Source: Escherichia coli
Lineage (GTDB): Bacteria; Pseudomonadota; Gammaproteobacteria; Enterobacterales; Enterobacteriaceae
DNA: 64,000 bases
Direction: 5' to 3' (one strand)
NCBI RefSeq assembly: GCF_003018255.1
Contig: NZ_CP027440.1
The position numbers and the translations under genes are program-made. Positions 47,888-59,307 of this stretch are shown here, one piece after another (position 1 is the stretch's first letter; each line of letters opens with the position of its first letter). The notes under the pieces are model-generated. The model did not search any database. It was not told the origin of the DNA and saw only the letters and a program-made list of their open reading frames with translations.

Positions 47888-48123
47888 ACTCTCTCCTTAT
47901 AACCAATTGTTCTTGTTTTGTTAACATTGATAACAATTCGGTCAGTCTGACAGAGGGCGTCCGCGAGTCGAAATGATTTATCTGAGGAAGAAAAGCCAAA
48001 AAAAGCATAAAAAAAGCGCAATAAGAAAACGTTTGCTATTTATTGCCGCAGGTCAATTCCCTTTTGGTCCGAACTCGCACATAATACGCCCCCGGTTTGC
48101 ACACCGGGAATCCAGGAGAGTTC
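47888..48123. promoter_or_regulatory. divergent ssuE / pyrD promoter region
   Basis: 236-bp spacer between divergently transcribed ssuE and pyrD; individual operators not resolved by eye. Confidence 0.4.
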
Positions 48124-49134
48124 ATGTACTACCCCTTCGTTCGTAAAGCCCTTTTCCAGCTCGATCCAGAGCGCGCTCATGAGTTTACTTTTCAGCAATT
48201 ACGCCGTATTACCGGAACGCCGTTTGAAGCACTGGTGCGGCAGAAAGTGCCTGCGAAACCTGTTAACTGCATGGGCCTGACGTTTAAAAATCCGCTTGGT
48301 CTGGCAGCCGGTCTTGATAAAGACGGGGAGTGCATTGACGCGTTAGGCGCGATGGGATTTGGATCGATCGAGATCGGTACCGTCACGCCACGTCCCCAGC
48401 CAGGTAATGACAAGCCGCGTCTCTTTCGTCTGGTAGATGCCGAAGGTTTGATCAACCGTATGGGCTTTAATAATCTTGGCGTTGATAACCTCGTAGAGAA
48501 CGTAAAAAAAGCCCATTATGACGGCGTTCTGGGTATTAACATCGGCAAAAATAAAGATACGCCGGTGGAGCAGGGTAAAGATGACTATCTGATTTGTATG
48601 GAAAAAATCTATGCCTATGCGGGATATATCGCCATCAATATTTCATCGCCAAATACCCCAGGATTACGCACACTGCAATATGGCGAAGCGCTGGATGATC
48701 TCTTAACCGCGATTAAAAATAAGCAAAATGATTTGCAAGCGATGCACCATAAATATGTGCCGATCGCAGTGAAGATCGCGCCGGATCTTTCTGAAGAAGA
48801 ATTGATCCAGGTTGCCGATAGTTTAGTTCGCCATAATATTGATGGCGTGATTGCAACCAATACCACGCTCGATCGTTCTCTGGTTCAGGGAATGAAAAAT
48901 TGTGATCAAACCGGTGGCTTAAGTGGTCGTCCGCTTCAGTTAAAAAGCACAGAAATTATTCGCCGCTTGTCACAGGAATTAAACGGTCGCTTACCGATCA
49001 TCGGTGTTGGCGGCATTGATTCGGTTATCGCTGCGCGTGAAAAGATTGCTGCGGGGGCCTCACTGGTGCAAATTTATTCTGGTTTTATTTTTAAAGGTCC
49101 GCCGCTGATTAAAGAAATCGTTACCCATATCTAA
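48124..49134 (+). CDS. pyrD: dihydroorotate dehydrogenase (quinone)
   Basis: ORF 48097..49134; start moved to ATG 48124 ([10 protein letters not shown]...) preceded by CAGGAGAG; 336 aa. Confidence 0.96.
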   Translation: MYYPFVRKALFQLDPERAHEFTFQQLRRITGTPFEALVRQKVPAKPVNCMGLTFKNPLGLAAGLDKDGECIDALGAMGFGSIEIGTVTPRPQPGNDKPRLFRLVDAEGLINRMGFNNLGVDNLVENVKKAHYDGVLGINIGKNKDTPVEQGKDDYLICMEKIYAYAGYIAINISSPNTPGLRTLQYGEALDDLLTAIKNKQNDLQAMHHKYVPIAVKIAPDLSEEELIQVADSLVRHNIDGVIATNTTLDRSLVQGMKNCDQTGGLSGRPLQLKSTEIIRRLSQELNGRLPIIGVGGIDSVIAAREKIAAGASLVQIYSGFIFKGPPLIKEIVTHI

Positions 49135-49166
49135 TTATTTCTTCGAATTCCTCTTTATAAGATAAT

Positions 49167-49196
49167 CAGGGCTTTATTTTAAGCCCTGGTTGTTTT
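49167..49196 (+). terminator. Rho-independent terminator of pyrD
   Basis: Hairpin cagggctt-tatttt-aagccctg followed by GTTGTTTTAT. Confidence 0.6.
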
Positions 49197-49307
49197 ATAT
49201 TCATCGCTGTTGCTTATTTAGACATTTTGTACTTTTATTGTTGAGGTTATTAAGCGAAGCGACAATGGATTGTGTTGCTGCGGTTTTATAGGGTAGGGGA
49301 GAGGCAG

Positions 49308-49850
49308 ATGCGAATTAAACCAGACGATAACTGGCGTTGGTATTACGATGAAGAGCACGATCGAATGATGCTCGATTTAGCCAATGGTATGCTATTTCGC
49401 TCACGTTTTGCGCGCAAAATGTTGACTCCAGATGCCTTTTCTCCCGCAGGCTTTTGCGTTGACGACGCCGCGCTCTATTTCTCATTTGAAGAAAAATGCC
49501 GCGATTTTAATTTATCTAAAGAACAAAAAGCCGAACTGGTGCTTAATGCGCTGGTAGCAATTCGTTATCTCAAACCGCAAATGCCGAAAAGCTGGCATTT
49601 TGTTTCCCATGGTGAAATGTGGGTGCCCATGCCGGGCGATGCGGCCTGCGTTTGGTTGAGCGACACTCACGAGCAAGTCAATTTGCTGGTCGTTGAATCT
49701 GGCGAAAATGCCGCACTATGCCTGCTGGCACAACCCTGCGTTGTTATTGCGGGTCGCGCGATGCAGCTGGGCGACGCCATCAAAATCATGAACGACAGGC
49801 TGAAACCGCAGGTTAATGTTGACAGCTTCAACCTCGAACAGGCAGTCTAA
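49308..49850 (+). CDS. zapC: cell division protein ZapC (FtsZ-ring stabiliser)
   Basis: ORF 49272..49850; start moved to ATG 49308 ([19 protein letters not shown]...) preceded by AGGGGAGAGG; 180 aa. Confidence 0.9.
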   Translation: MRIKPDDNWRWYYDEEHDRMMLDLANGMLFRSRFARKMLTPDAFSPAGFCVDDAALYFSFEEKCRDFNLSKEQKAELVLNALVAIRYLKPQMPKSWHFVSHGEMWVPMPGDAACVWLSDTHEQVNLLVVESGENAALCLLAQPCVVIAGRAMQLGDAIKIMNDRLKPQVNVDSFNLEQAV

Positions 49851-50956
49851 CGCGTCAGCTTAAGCGCAGTCTTCGGTACACAGCTACAGCAAAGAATGGT
49901 GCCATCATCGCCCATTGCTGATTTTTTCAGCGGCGTGACTTCGCCTTCTAAAAGCTGAACACGGCAACTTCCACAAATGCCCGCGCGGCAAGAATAAGGG
50001 ATACGAATTCCCTGATTTTCTAATTGCTCCAGCAACACCTGCTGGTTATTTCCACGAAATGCCTGTCCCTGCCAGTCAATATCTACATTTGCGTCCGGTT
50101 GTTGCGTGATGTTGACGGTATCATCAGCGGCGGCTGCGCCGTAAATTTTAGCCGGAGCCGTTGCCAGAACTTCCACCTCATCGCCAACGCGAATTACGCC
50201 GCTATTACGGGCAATTAAATTCTGACCAAAATCGACATCGCCGTTATCCTGGGCAGTGCGGAAAGATTGCAATGTTTTTAATGGTTCGCCTGCCGGATGT
50301 TTTTGCCCTTTTTCTGGACTGACGGTGGTGAAAATACAGCGGCTACAAGGTTTAACCACATCAAACACCACATCACCAATGCGAATCACTTTCCAGCTAT
50401 CTTCTTCCCAGGCTGACGCGCCGGAAACCACCAGATTGGGGCGGAATTGCTCCATTTTTACACTGGCCGGACAACGTTGTTGGAGATCACGTAACGAGGC
50501 TTCGTTAGCAAGAAGGTAAGGATAGCCATCAGCAAATGACAGGGGTACAGTGTTGTGGCGTTTCACGCGCCGCGTCATTTGTGGCCCCACCCAGCGCAAC
50601 TGCACTTCGCGGGAGAAAAATCCACTTAGCCATTTGTTGATCGCGTCTGGTGCAATTCGCGCGGTAAAATGTGTGCCCCAAACTTCGGTTGGTGCGTCTT
50701 GTGTGGCGAAATCAGCAAAACGAACATATGCGCTACTGCCATCTGGTGCGGTGAGATGCAAGCCATCATGCACAGGTGAAGGAGTAAACCGTACCATCTG
50801 GGGAAACTGGCGAGCGGTAATAAACGTACCGTCAGGTTCCGTGATCATAAAGATGCGATCGAAGGCCAGACCACTGACATCTGCCAGGGCATGTGTAAGA
50901 CCAATGCCGCGCATCGATTTAACAGGATGAATAAAAAGCCGGGTTAATGTCGCCAC
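49847..50956 (-). CDS. ycbX: MOSC-domain molybdoenzyme with C-terminal 2Fe-2S ferredoxin domain
   Basis: 369-aa ORF; C-terminal CRAGICGSC ferredoxin motif; matches YcbX; stop codon overlaps the zapC stop. Confidence 0.92.
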   Translation of the reverse strand: MATLTRLFIHPVKSMRGIGLTHALADVSGLAFDRIFMITEPDGTFITARQFPQMVRFTPSPVHDGLHLTAPDGSSAYVRFADFATQDAPTEVWGTHFTARIAPDAINKWLSGFFSREVQLRWVGPQMTRRVKRHNTVPLSFADGYPYLLANEASLRDLQQRCPASVKMEQFRPNLVVSGASAWEEDSWKVIRIGDVVFDVVKPCSRCIFTTVSPEKGQKHPAGEPLKTLQSFRTAQDNGDVDFGQNLIARNSGVIRVGDEVEVLATAPAKIYGAAAADDTVNITQQPDANVDIDWQGQAFRGNNQQVLLEQLENQGIRIPYSCRAGICGSCRVQLLEGEVTPLKKSAMGDDGTILCCSCVPKTALKLTR

Positions 50957-50992
50957 GGTGCGGTCCTCAAATGAAAATAAGCCCTCAACTTT

Positions 50993-51020
50993 ATGACATG
51001 ACGCGCTTATTAGCTATAAT
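50993..51020 (+). promoter_or_regulatory. candidate sigma70 promoter upstream of rlmL
   Basis: ATGACA, 16-bp spacer, TATAAT (51015-51020); by eye only. Confidence 0.25.
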
Positions 51021-51199
51021 GCGCAACAATTTTCTTAGCGCCTGTCCCATTAGGCTATTTTATTTGTCAGTTTGGCCCAGGGAAGTGCTCGAAATCCTCA
51101 CGTACTTGTGTACGCTCCGGTTTCTCCGCGCTGTCCATGTCCAGACTGACTGCAACAATTACGCCTACTGCGGTAGGCTCTTAGAGTAAAAGTGACGAT

Positions 51200-53308
51200 A
51201 TGAATTCTCTGTTTGCCAGTACGGCCCGTGGGCTGGAAGAGCTGTTAAAAACTGAACTGGAAAACCTGGGGGCCGTTGAATGCCAGGTGGTTCAGGGTGG
51301 GGTCCATTTCAAGGGCGACACACGGCTTGTTTACCAGAGCCTGATGTGGAGCCGCCTGGCCTCGCGTATTATGTTGCCGCTGGGCGAGTGTAAGGTTTAC
51401 AGCGATTTAGACCTCTATCTCGGTGTTCAGGCGATCAACTGGACAGAGATGTTTAATCCTGGCGCGACCTTCGCTGTCCACTTCAGTGGTTTGAATGACA
51501 CCATCCGCAACAGTCAGTACGGCGCGATGAAAGTGAAAGACGCGATCGTCGATGCTTTCACGCGGAAAAATCTGCCGCGTCCAAATGTTGATCGCGATGC
51601 GCCGGATATCCGCGTTAACGTCTGGCTGCATAAAGAAACCGCCAGTATTGCCCTTGATCTCAGTGGTGATGGTTTACATCTGCGTGGCTATCGCGATCGT
51701 GCTGGTATTGCGCCGATCAAAGAAACCCTGGCAGCCGCGATTGTTATGCGATCCGGCTGGCAGCCAGGAACACCGCTGCTCGATCCGATGTGTGGTTCCG
51801 GTACGTTGTTGATTGAAGCGGCGATGCTGGCGACCGATCGCGCACCAGGCTTGCACCGTGGACGTTGGGGCTTTAGCGGCTGGGCACAGCATGATGAAGC
51901 CATCTGGCAGGAAGTGAAAGCAGAAGCGCAAACCCGCGCCCGTAAAGGCCTGGCTGAGTATAGCTCTCATTTTTACGGTTCGGACAGCGACGCACGGGTG
52001 ATTCAACGTGCGCGCACTAACGCCCGTCTTGCGGGGATTGGTGAACTGATCACCTTTGAAGTGAAAGATGTCGCGCAACTGACCAATCCGCTGCCGAAAG
52101 GGCCGTACGGTACAGTGTTGAGCAACCCGCCATACGGTGAACGTCTGGACAGCGAACCGGCGCTGATTGCGCTGCATAGTCTGCTGGGCCGAATCATGAA
52201 AAACCAGTTCAGCGGCTGGAATCTCTCTTTATTCAGTGCCTCGCCGGATCTGTTAAGTTGCCTGCAGTTGCGTGCAGACAAACAGTACAAAGCGAAAAAC
52301 GGTCCATTAGACTGCGTGCAGAAAAATTACCACGTTGCCGAAAGCACACCAGACAGCAAACCGGTAATGGCAGCGGAAGACTACGCCAACCGTCTGCGTA
52401 AGAACCTCAAAAAATTCGAGAAGTGGGCGCGTCAGGAAGGCATTGAATGCTACCGCCTGTACGACGCCGATCTACCGGAATACAACGTTGCAGTTGACCG
52501 CTACGCCGATTGGGTGGTGGTGCAGGAGTATGCGCCGCCAAAAACTATTGATGCGCACAAAGCGCGTCAGCGTCTGTTCGATATTATCGCTGCAACCATT
52601 TCGGTATTGGGGATTGCGCCAAACAAACTGGTGCTGAAAACCCGTGAACGCCAGAAGGGCAAAAATCAGTACCAGAAACTGGGCGAGAAGGGCGAGTTTC
52701 TCGAAGTTACCGAATATAACGCTCACTTGTGGGTGAACCTGACGGATTACCTCGATACCGGTCTGTTCCTCGATCACCGTATCGCCCGTCGTATGCTCGG
52801 TCAGATGAGCAAAGGCAAAGATTTCCTCAACCTGTTCTCTTATACCGGCAGCGCCACCGTGCACGCGGGATTAGGCGGTGCACGCAGCACTACCACCGTG
52901 GATATGTCGCGTACTTATCTGGAGTGGGCAGAACGCAACCTGCGTCTGAATGGCCTAACCGGGCGTGCGCATCGCCTGATTCAGGCCGATTGCCTGGCGT
53001 GGCTGCGTGAGGCAAATGAACAGTTCGATCTGATTTTTATCGATCCGCCAACCTTCTCTAACTCAAAACGAATGGAAGATGCGTTTGATGTTCAGCGCGA
53101 TCATCTGGCGCTGATGAAAGATTTGAAACGTCTGCTGCGTGCTGGTGGGACGATCATGTTCTCGAACAACAAACGTGGCTTCCGTATGGATCTTGACGGA
53201 CTGGCAAAACTGGGACTGAAAGCACAAGAAATTACGCAAAAAACGCTCTCCCAGGATTTCGCCCGTAACCGCCAGATCCACAACTGCTGGCTGATTACCG
53301 CAGCCTGA
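51200..53308 (+). CDS. rlmL: bifunctional 23S rRNA m2G2445 / m7G2069 methyltransferase
   Basis: 702-aa ORF; matches RlmKL (YcbY). Confidence 0.96.
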   Translation: MNSLFASTARGLEELLKTELENLGAVECQVVQGGVHFKGDTRLVYQSLMWSRLASRIMLPLGECKVYSDLDLYLGVQAINWTEMFNPGATFAVHFSGLNDTIRNSQYGAMKVKDAIVDAFTRKNLPRPNVDRDAPDIRVNVWLHKETASIALDLSGDGLHLRGYRDRAGIAPIKETLAAAIVMRSGWQPGTPLLDPMCGSGTLLIEAAMLATDRAPGLHRGRWGFSGWAQHDEAIWQEVKAEAQTRARKGLAEYSSHFYGSDSDARVIQRARTNARLAGIGELITFEVKDVAQLTNPLPKGPYGTVLSNPPYGERLDSEPALIALHSLLGRIMKNQFSGWNLSLFSASPDLLSCLQLRADKQYKAKNGPLDCVQKNYHVAESTPDSKPVMAAEDYANRLRKNLKKFEKWARQEGIECYRLYDADLPEYNVAVDRYADWVVVQEYAPPKTIDAHKARQRLFDIIAATISVLGIAPNKLVLKTRERQKGKNQYQKLGEKGEFLEVTEYNAHLWVNLTDYLDTGLFLDHRIARRMLGQMSKGKDFLNLFSYTGSATVHAGLGGARSTTTVDMSRTYLEWAERNLRLNGLTGRAHRLIQADCLAWLREANEQFDLIFIDPPTFSNSKRMEDAFDVQRDHLALMKDLKRLLRAGGTIMFSNNKRGFRMDLDGLAKLGLKAQEITQKTLSQDFARNRQIHNCWLITAA

Positions 53309-53319
53309 AAGGAATAGTA

Positions 53320-55227
53320 ATGTCATTAATCAGTATGCATGGCGCATGGCTGTCGTTCAGCGACGCGCCGCTTCTCGATAACGCAGAACTGCATATCGAA
53401 GATAACGAACGTGTTTGTCTGGTGGGCCGCAACGGCGCAGGCAAATCGACGTTAATGAAAATCCTCAACCGTGAACAAGGGCTGGATGACGGTCGCATTA
53501 TTTACGAGCAAGATTTGATTGTAGCTCGTCTGCAACAGGATCCGCCGCGTAACGTTGAGGGGAGTGTTTATGATTTCGTTGCCGAAGGCATTGAAGAACA
53601 AGCGGAATACCTGAAACGCTATCACGATATTTCGCGCCTGGTGATGAACGACCCGAGCGAGAAAAATCTCAACGAACTGGCGAAGGTTCAGGAACAGTTG
53701 GATCACCACAACCTGTGGCAGCTGGAAAACCGCATTAACGAAGTGCTGGCGCAACTGGGGTTAGATCCTAACGTTGCGCTGTCGTCGCTTTCCGGCGGTT
53801 GGTTGCGTAAAGCGGCATTAGGACGCGCGCTGGTGAGCAATCCGCGCGTATTGCTGCTCGACGAACCGACTAACCACCTGGATATCGAAACCATCGACTG
53901 GCTGGAAGGATTCCTTAAAACCTTCAATGGGACGATTATTTTCATCTCCCACGACCGTTCGTTTATCCGCAATATGGCGACGCGTATTGTTGATCTCGAT
54001 CGCGGCAAACTTGTGACCTATCCAGGGAATTACGACCAGTACCTGCTGGAAAAAGAAGAAGCCCTGCGCGTGGAGGAGCTGCAAAATGCCGAGTTCGATC
54101 GCAAACTGGCGCAGGAAGAAGTGTGGATCCGTCAGGGGATCAAAGCACGCCGTACCCGTAATGAAGGCCGCGTACGCGCCCTGAAAGCAATGCGTCGCGA
54201 GCGTGGCGAACGTCGCGAAGTGATGGGTACCGCAAAAATGCAGGTGGAAGAAGCCAGCCGCTCCGGTAAGATCGTTTTCGAAATGGAAGACGTTTGCTAC
54301 CAGGTTGACGGTAAGCAACTGGTGAAAGATTTTTCTGCCCAGGTTCTACGTGGCGACAAAATTGCCCTGATTGGTCCGAATGGATGCGGCAAAACCACGC
54401 TGCTGAAACTGATGCTCGGTCAGCTTCAGGCGGACAGCGGGCGTATTCACGTTGGCACCAAACTGGAAGTGGCTTATTTCGATCAGCACCGTGCGGAACT
54501 GGATCCCGATAAAACGGTGATGGATAACCTTGCTGAAGGTAAGCAAGAGGTGATGGTTAACGGCAAGCCACGTCATGTTTTGGGCTATTTGCAGGACTTC
54601 CTGTTCCATCCGAAACGGGCGATGACGCCGGTACGTGCGCTTTCTGGCGGTGAGCGTAACCGCTTGCTGTTGGCGCGTTTGTTCCTCAAACCAAGCAACT
54701 TATTGATTCTTGACGAACCGACCAACGATCTTGATGTTGAAACGCTGGAACTGCTGGAAGAACTGATCGACAGCTACCAGGGCACGGTATTGCTGGTGAG
54801 CCACGATCGTCAGTTTGTCGATAACACCGTTACAGAATGCTGGATCTTCGAAGGCGGCGGTAAAATTGGTCGTTATGTCGGCGGTTATCATGATGCCCGT
54901 GGTCAGCAAGAACAGTATGTGGCGCTCAAACAGCCTGCGGTGAAAAAAATCGAAGAAGCCGCCGCGCCAAAAGCAGAAACTGTAAAACGCAGCAGTAGCA
55001 AACTAAGCTATAAATTGCAGCGCGAACTGGAGCAGCTACCGCAATTGCTCGAAGATCTGGAGGCGAAGCTGGAAGCCCTACAGACGCAGGTGGCGGATGC
55101 TTCCTTCTTCAGTCAGCCGCATGAGCAGACGCAAAAAGTGCTCGCCGATATGGCTGCTGCAGAGCAGGAGCTGGAGCAAGCCTTTGAACGCTGGGAGTAT
55201 CTTGAAGCGTTAAAAAATGGTGGCTGA
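53320..55227 (+). CDS. uup: ABC-F family ATPase Uup
   Basis: 635-aa ORF with two ABC domains (GRNGAGKST and GPNGCGKTT) and C-terminal coiled-coil; matches Uup. Confidence 0.96.
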   Translation: MSLISMHGAWLSFSDAPLLDNAELHIEDNERVCLVGRNGAGKSTLMKILNREQGLDDGRIIYEQDLIVARLQQDPPRNVEGSVYDFVAEGIEEQAEYLKRYHDISRLVMNDPSEKNLNELAKVQEQLDHHNLWQLENRINEVLAQLGLDPNVALSSLSGGWLRKAALGRALVSNPRVLLLDEPTNHLDIETIDWLEGFLKTFNGTIIFISHDRSFIRNMATRIVDLDRGKLVTYPGNYDQYLLEKEEALRVEELQNAEFDRKLAQEEVWIRQGIKARRTRNEGRVRALKAMRRERGERREVMGTAKMQVEEASRSGKIVFEMEDVCYQVDGKQLVKDFSAQVLRGDKIALIGPNGCGKTTLLKLMLGQLQADSGRIHVGTKLEVAYFDQHRAELDPDKTVMDNLAEGKQEVMVNGKPRHVLGYLQDFLFHPKRAMTPVRALSGGERNRLLLARLFLKPSNLLILDEPTNDLDVETLELLEELIDSYQGTVLLVSHDRQFVDNTVTECWIFEGGGKIGRYVGGYHDARGQQEQYVALKQPAVKKIEEAAAPKAETVKRSSSKLSYKLQRELEQLPQLLEDLEAKLEALQTQVADASFFSQPHEQTQKVLADMAAAEQELEQAFERWEYLEALKNGG

Positions 55228-55356
55228 TCGCAAAATAGTCGATTTAAACAGAGACAGCTGACAACGGTAAAATTGCCTGATGAACTGGGTTTATCAGGCA
55301 TGAAAACCAACACTTTGTTAGTCATCTGTAAAATAGCGCATCATTAAGGAGTACCA

Positions 55357-56610
55357 ATGTGCGAACATCATCATGCCGCGAAGCACATCCTGTGCTCGCA
55401 GTGTGACATGCTGGTGGCGTTACCGCGCCTTGAGCATGGTCAGAAAGCGGCATGTCCCCGGTGTGGCACAACGTTAACCGTGGCGTGGGATGCCCCTCGG
55501 CAGCGTCCCACCGCCTATGCGTTGGCTGCACTGTTCATGCTGTTGCTGTCCAACTTGTTTCCTTTTGTGAATATGAACGTTGCGGGAGTCACCAGTGAAA
55601 TTACATTACTGGAAATTCCCGGCGTGCTTTTTTCTGAGGACTACGCCAGCCTCGGCACCTTTTTCCTGTTGTTTGTGCAACTGGTTCCCGCGTTTTGTCT
55701 GATAACCATTCTGTTACTGGTGAATCGCGCAGAATTACCGGTCCGTTTAAAAGAGCAACTGGCACGGGTGCTTTTTCAACTCAAAACCTGGGGAATGGCG
55801 GAGATTTTCCTCGCGGGTGTGCTGGTCAGTTTCGTTAAACTGATGGCTTACGGCAGCATTGGCGTAGGCAGCAGCTTTCTCCCCTGGTGTTTATTTTGTG
55901 TCCTGCAACTGCGTGCTTTTCAGTGCGTTGATCGTCGCTGGTTATGGGACGACATCGCCCCGATGCCAGAACTGCGCCAGCCGCTAAAACCTGGCGTCAC
56001 GGGGATACGCCAGGGGTTACGTTCGTGCTCCTGTTGTACAGCAATTCTTCCAGCTGATGATCCGGTGTGTCCGCGCTGTGGTACTAAAGGGTACGTTCGT
56101 CGTAGAAACAGCCTGCAATGGACACTCGCGCTGCTTGTTACGTCCATCATGCTGTATCTTCCGGCTAATATTTTGCCCATCATGGTGACGGATTTATTAG
56201 GCTCGAAGATGCCATCGACGATTCTCGCTGGGGTCATCCTGTTATGGAGCGAAGGATCTTATCCCGTCGCTGCGGTTATCTTTCTGGCCAGTATTATGGT
56301 GCCAACGTTAAAGATGATCGCCATAGCGTGGTTGTGTTGGGATGCCAAAGGGCATGGCAAGCGCGACAGTGAAAGAATGCATTTGATTTATGAAGTTGTT
56401 GAGTTTGTAGGCCGCTGGTCGATGATTGACGTTTTCGTTATCGCGGTGCTCTCGGCGCTGGTGCGTATGGGAGGTTTAATGAGTATTTATCCGGCAATGG
56501 GTGCATTAATGTTTGCTTTAGTCGTCATAATGACAATGTTTTCTGCTATGACGTTTGACCCGCGTTTGTCGTGGGATCGTCAACCTGAATCAGAGCATGA
56601 GGAGTCCTGA
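55357..56610 (+). CDS. pqiA: paraquat-inducible protein A (inner-membrane component of the Pqi system)
   Basis: 417-aa ORF; zinc-ribbon-like CxxC pairs and transmembrane segments; matches PqiA. Confidence 0.95.
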   Translation: MCEHHHAAKHILCSQCDMLVALPRLEHGQKAACPRCGTTLTVAWDAPRQRPTAYALAALFMLLLSNLFPFVNMNVAGVTSEITLLEIPGVLFSEDYASLGTFFLLFVQLVPAFCLITILLLVNRAELPVRLKEQLARVLFQLKTWGMAEIFLAGVLVSFVKLMAYGSIGVGSSFLPWCLFCVLQLRAFQCVDRRWLWDDIAPMPELRQPLKPGVTGIRQGLRSCSCCTAILPADDPVCPRCGTKGYVRRRNSLQWTLALLVTSIMLYLPANILPIMVTDLLGSKMPSTILAGVILLWSEGSYPVAAVIFLASIMVPTLKMIAIAWLCWDAKGHGKRDSERMHLIYEVVEFVGRWSMIDVFVIAVLSALVRMGGLMSIYPAMGALMFALVVIMTMFSAMTFDPRLSWDRQPESEHEES

Positions 56611-56614
56611 CAGT

Positions 56615-58255
56615 ATGGAATCTAATAATGGGGAAGCCAAAATCCAGAAAGTGAAGAACTGGTCTCCCGTGTGGATATTTCCTATCGTCACGGCGCTCAT
56701 TGGGGCCTGGGTTCTTTTTTATCATTACAGCCATCAGGGGCCGGAAGTGACCCTGATCACCGCGAATGCGGAAGGAATAGAAGGTGGTAAAACCACCATT
56801 AAAAGCCGTAGCGTTGACGTCGGCGTGGTTGAAAGCGCCACACTGGCTGATGATTTGACGCACGTTGAAATCAAAGCGCGGCTGAATTCCGGTATGGAAA
56901 AATTGCTGCATAAAGATACCGTCTTTTGGGTGGTGAAACCGCAGATTGGTCGAGAAGGGATTAGCGGCCTGGGAACGCTGCTGTCTGGTGTTTATATCGA
57001 ACTGCAGCCAGGCGCGAAAGGCAGCAAAATGGATAAATACGATTTGCTGGACTCACCACCGTTGGCCCCGCCTGATGCGAAAGGTATCCGTGTGATTCTC
57101 GATAGCAAAAAAGCCGGGCAGCTCTCGCCAGGAGATCCCGTGCTGTTCCGTGGCTATCGGGTAGGTTCGGTTGAAACCAGCACCTTTGATACGCAAAAAC
57201 GCAATATCAGCTATCAACTGTTCATCAATGCACCTTATGACCGACTGGTGACCAGCAATGTTCGCTTCTGGAAAGATAGTGGCATTGCGGTTGATTTGAC
57301 GTCAGCGGGAATGCGTGTGGAGATGGGTTCATTGACAACGCTGCTTAGTGGCGGTGTCAGCTTTGATGTGCCGGAAGGTCTGGATTTAGGGCAGCCAGTG
57401 GCACCGAAAACAGCTTTCGTTTTGTATGATGATCAGAAGAGCATTCAGGATTCGTTGTACACCGATCACATTGATTATCTGATGTTCTTTAAAGATTCGG
57501 TACGCGGTCTGCAACCGGGAGCTCCGGTAGAATTCCGGGGTATTCGCCTGGGTACCGTAAGCAAAGTGCCATTCTTTGCGCCGAATATGCGTCAGACATT
57601 TAACGATGATTACCGTATTCCGGTACTGATTCGTATCGAGCCAGAGCGGCTGAAAATGCAGCTTGGCGAAAATGCGGATGTTGTTGAGCACCTTGGCGAA
57701 TTGTTGAAACGTGGTTTACGCGGATCGCTGAAAACCGGAAACCTGGTCACTGGCGCACTGTATGTTGATCTCGATTTCTATCCAAATACGCCTGCAATAA
57801 CCGGTATTCGTGAATTTAATGGTTATCAGATTATCCCGACCGTTAGCGGCGGTCTGGCGCAAATCCAGCAACGACTGATGGAAGCGTTGGATAAGATCAA
57901 CAAACTGCCATTGAATCCGATGATTGAACAGGCAACCAGTACGCTTTCTGAAAGTCAGCGCACAATGAAAAACCTGCAAACGACGCTGGATAGCATGAAC
58001 AAGATCCTCGCCAGCCAGTCGATGCAGCAGCTGCCGACGGATATGCAGTCAACGTTGCGTGAATTGAATCGCAGCATGCAGGGCTTCCAGCCTGGCTCCG
58101 CAGCCTACAACAAGATGGTGGCGGATATGCAGCGCCTTGATCAGGTGTTGCGAGAACTGCAACCGGTGCTGAAAACGCTCAATGAGAAGAGTAACGCGCT
58201 GGTATTTGAAGCGAAGGACAAAAAAGATCCAGAGCCGAAGAGGGCGAAACAATGA
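56615..58255 (+). CDS. pqiB: MCE-domain periplasm-spanning protein PqiB
   Basis: ORF 56555..58255; start moved to ATG 56615 (MESNNGEAKI...) 5 nt after the pqiA stop; 546 aa. Confidence 0.93.
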   Translation: MESNNGEAKIQKVKNWSPVWIFPIVTALIGAWVLFYHYSHQGPEVTLITANAEGIEGGKTTIKSRSVDVGVVESATLADDLTHVEIKARLNSGMEKLLHKDTVFWVVKPQIGREGISGLGTLLSGVYIELQPGAKGSKMDKYDLLDSPPLAPPDAKGIRVILDSKKAGQLSPGDPVLFRGYRVGSVETSTFDTQKRNISYQLFINAPYDRLVTSNVRFWKDSGIAVDLTSAGMRVEMGSLTTLLSGGVSFDVPEGLDLGQPVAPKTAFVLYDDQKSIQDSLYTDHIDYLMFFKDSVRGLQPGAPVEFRGIRLGTVSKVPFFAPNMRQTFNDDYRIPVLIRIEPERLKMQLGENADVVEHLGELLKRGLRGSLKTGNLVTGALYVDLDFYPNTPAITGIREFNGYQIIPTVSGGLAQIQQRLMEALDKINKLPLNPMIEQATSTLSESQRTMKNLQTTLDSMNKILASQSMQQLPTDMQSTLRELNRSMQGFQPGSAAYNKMVADMQRLDQVLRELQPVLKTLNEKSNALVFEAKDKKDPEPKRAKQ

Positions 58256-58815
58256 AAAAGTGGCTAGTGACGATTGCGGCACTGTGGCTGGCCGGATGCA
58301 GCTCCGGCGAAATTAATAAAAACTATTACCAGTTACCTGTGGTGCAGAGCGGTACACAAAGCACCGCCAGCCAGGGTAATCGCCTGTTATGGGTTGAGCA
58401 GGTCGCTGTTCCTGACTATCTGGCGGGGAATGGTGTGGTTTATCAAACCAGTGATGTGAAGTATGTGATTGCCAACAACAACCTGTGGGCCAGCCCGTTG
58501 GATCAACAGTTGCGCAACACTCTGGTTGCCAACCTGAGCACGCAACTGCCCGGCTGGGTGGTTGCCTCCCAGCCTCTGGGAAGCGCCCAGGATACGCTCA
58601 ATGTTACCGTAACGGAGTTTAACGGGCGATATGATGGCAAGGTCATTGTCAGTGGTGAGTGGCTGTTGAACCACCAGGGACAACTGATCAAACGTCCGTT
58701 CCGTCTGGAAGGGGTGCAAACTCAGGATGGTTACGATGAAATGGTTAAAGTGCTGGCCAGTGTCTGGAGTCAGGAAGCCGCTTCTATTGCGCAAGAGATA
58801 AAGCGTCTACCGTAA
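58252..58815 (+). CDS. pqiC: outer-membrane lipoprotein PqiC
   Basis: 187-aa ORF; lipobox LAGCSS; overlaps the pqiB stop by 4 nt; matches YmbA/PqiC. Confidence 0.94.
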   Translation: MKKWLVTIAALWLAGCSSGEINKNYYQLPVVQSGTQSTASQGNRLLWVEQVAVPDYLAGNGVVYQTSDVKYVIANNNLWASPLDQQLRNTLVANLSTQLPGWVVASQPLGSAQDTLNVTVTEFNGRYDGKVIVSGEWLLNHQGQLIKRPFRLEGVQTQDGYDEMVKVLASVWSQEAASIAQEIKRLP

Positions 58816-58837
58816 TCATAAAGATTTGTAAATATAA

Positions 58838-58871
58838 CCGTCTCCGGTATGTTGCCTGAGGCGGTTTTTTT
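58838..58871 (+). terminator. putative Rho-independent terminator of pqiABC
   Basis: Imperfect hairpin ccgtctccgg-tatgttg-cctgaggcgg followed by TTTTTTT. Confidence 0.5.
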
Positions 58872-59070
58872 GTTTCTAAGGTGCGGAAAAAGTTGTTCCT
58901 CTTCACATTTTTTGTACAACTGACATGCCCGTGTAGCTCACAAATATGACAGTGGCGTGAATTTTGCGCATTGACGGCAGTTATGATTCGCGGTATTGCT
59001 TAACTGTGATTGCACATTTAGTAATCACTGTTTTCTTTTCCACCAGAAACCAGTATGAGGGAAACGAGGC

Positions 59071-59238
59071 ATGAAGAGACAAAAACGAGATCGCCTGGAA
59101 CGGGCACATCAACGTGGTTATCAGGCCGGCATCGCCGGACGCTCAAAAGAAATGTGTCCCTATCAGACGCTGAATCAAAGGTCACAATGGCTGGGAGGCT
59201 GGCGAGAAGCCATGGCGGACAGGGTAGTAATGGCCTGA
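59071..59238 (+). CDS. rmf: ribosome modulation factor
   Basis: 55-aa ORF absent from the supplied track (too short); hand translation from ATG 59071 gives MKRQKRDRLERAHQRGYQAGIAGRSKEMCPYQTLNQRSQWLGGWREAMADRVVMA, matching Rmf; stop TGA at 59236-59238. Confidence 0.88.
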   Translation: MKRQKRDRLERAHQRGYQAGIAGRSKEMCPYQTLNQRSQWLGGWREAMADRVVMA

Positions 59239-59257
59239 TTCTGTCTCTTTAAAAAGA

Positions 59258-59285
59258 AACCTCCGCATTGCGGAGGTTTCGCCTT
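59258..59285. terminator. bidirectional terminator between rmf (+) and fabA (-)
   Basis: Perfect 9-bp stem aacctccgc-att-gcggaggtt with U-runs on both strands. Confidence 0.7.
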
Positions 59286-59307
59286 TTGATACTCTGTCTG
59301 ATTATAA

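Noticed and set aside
58980-59030. Possible CRP site (TGTGA...TCAC) upstream of rmf
   Set aside because: The half-sites are about 15 nt apart rather than 6, so it does not fit the CRP consensus.
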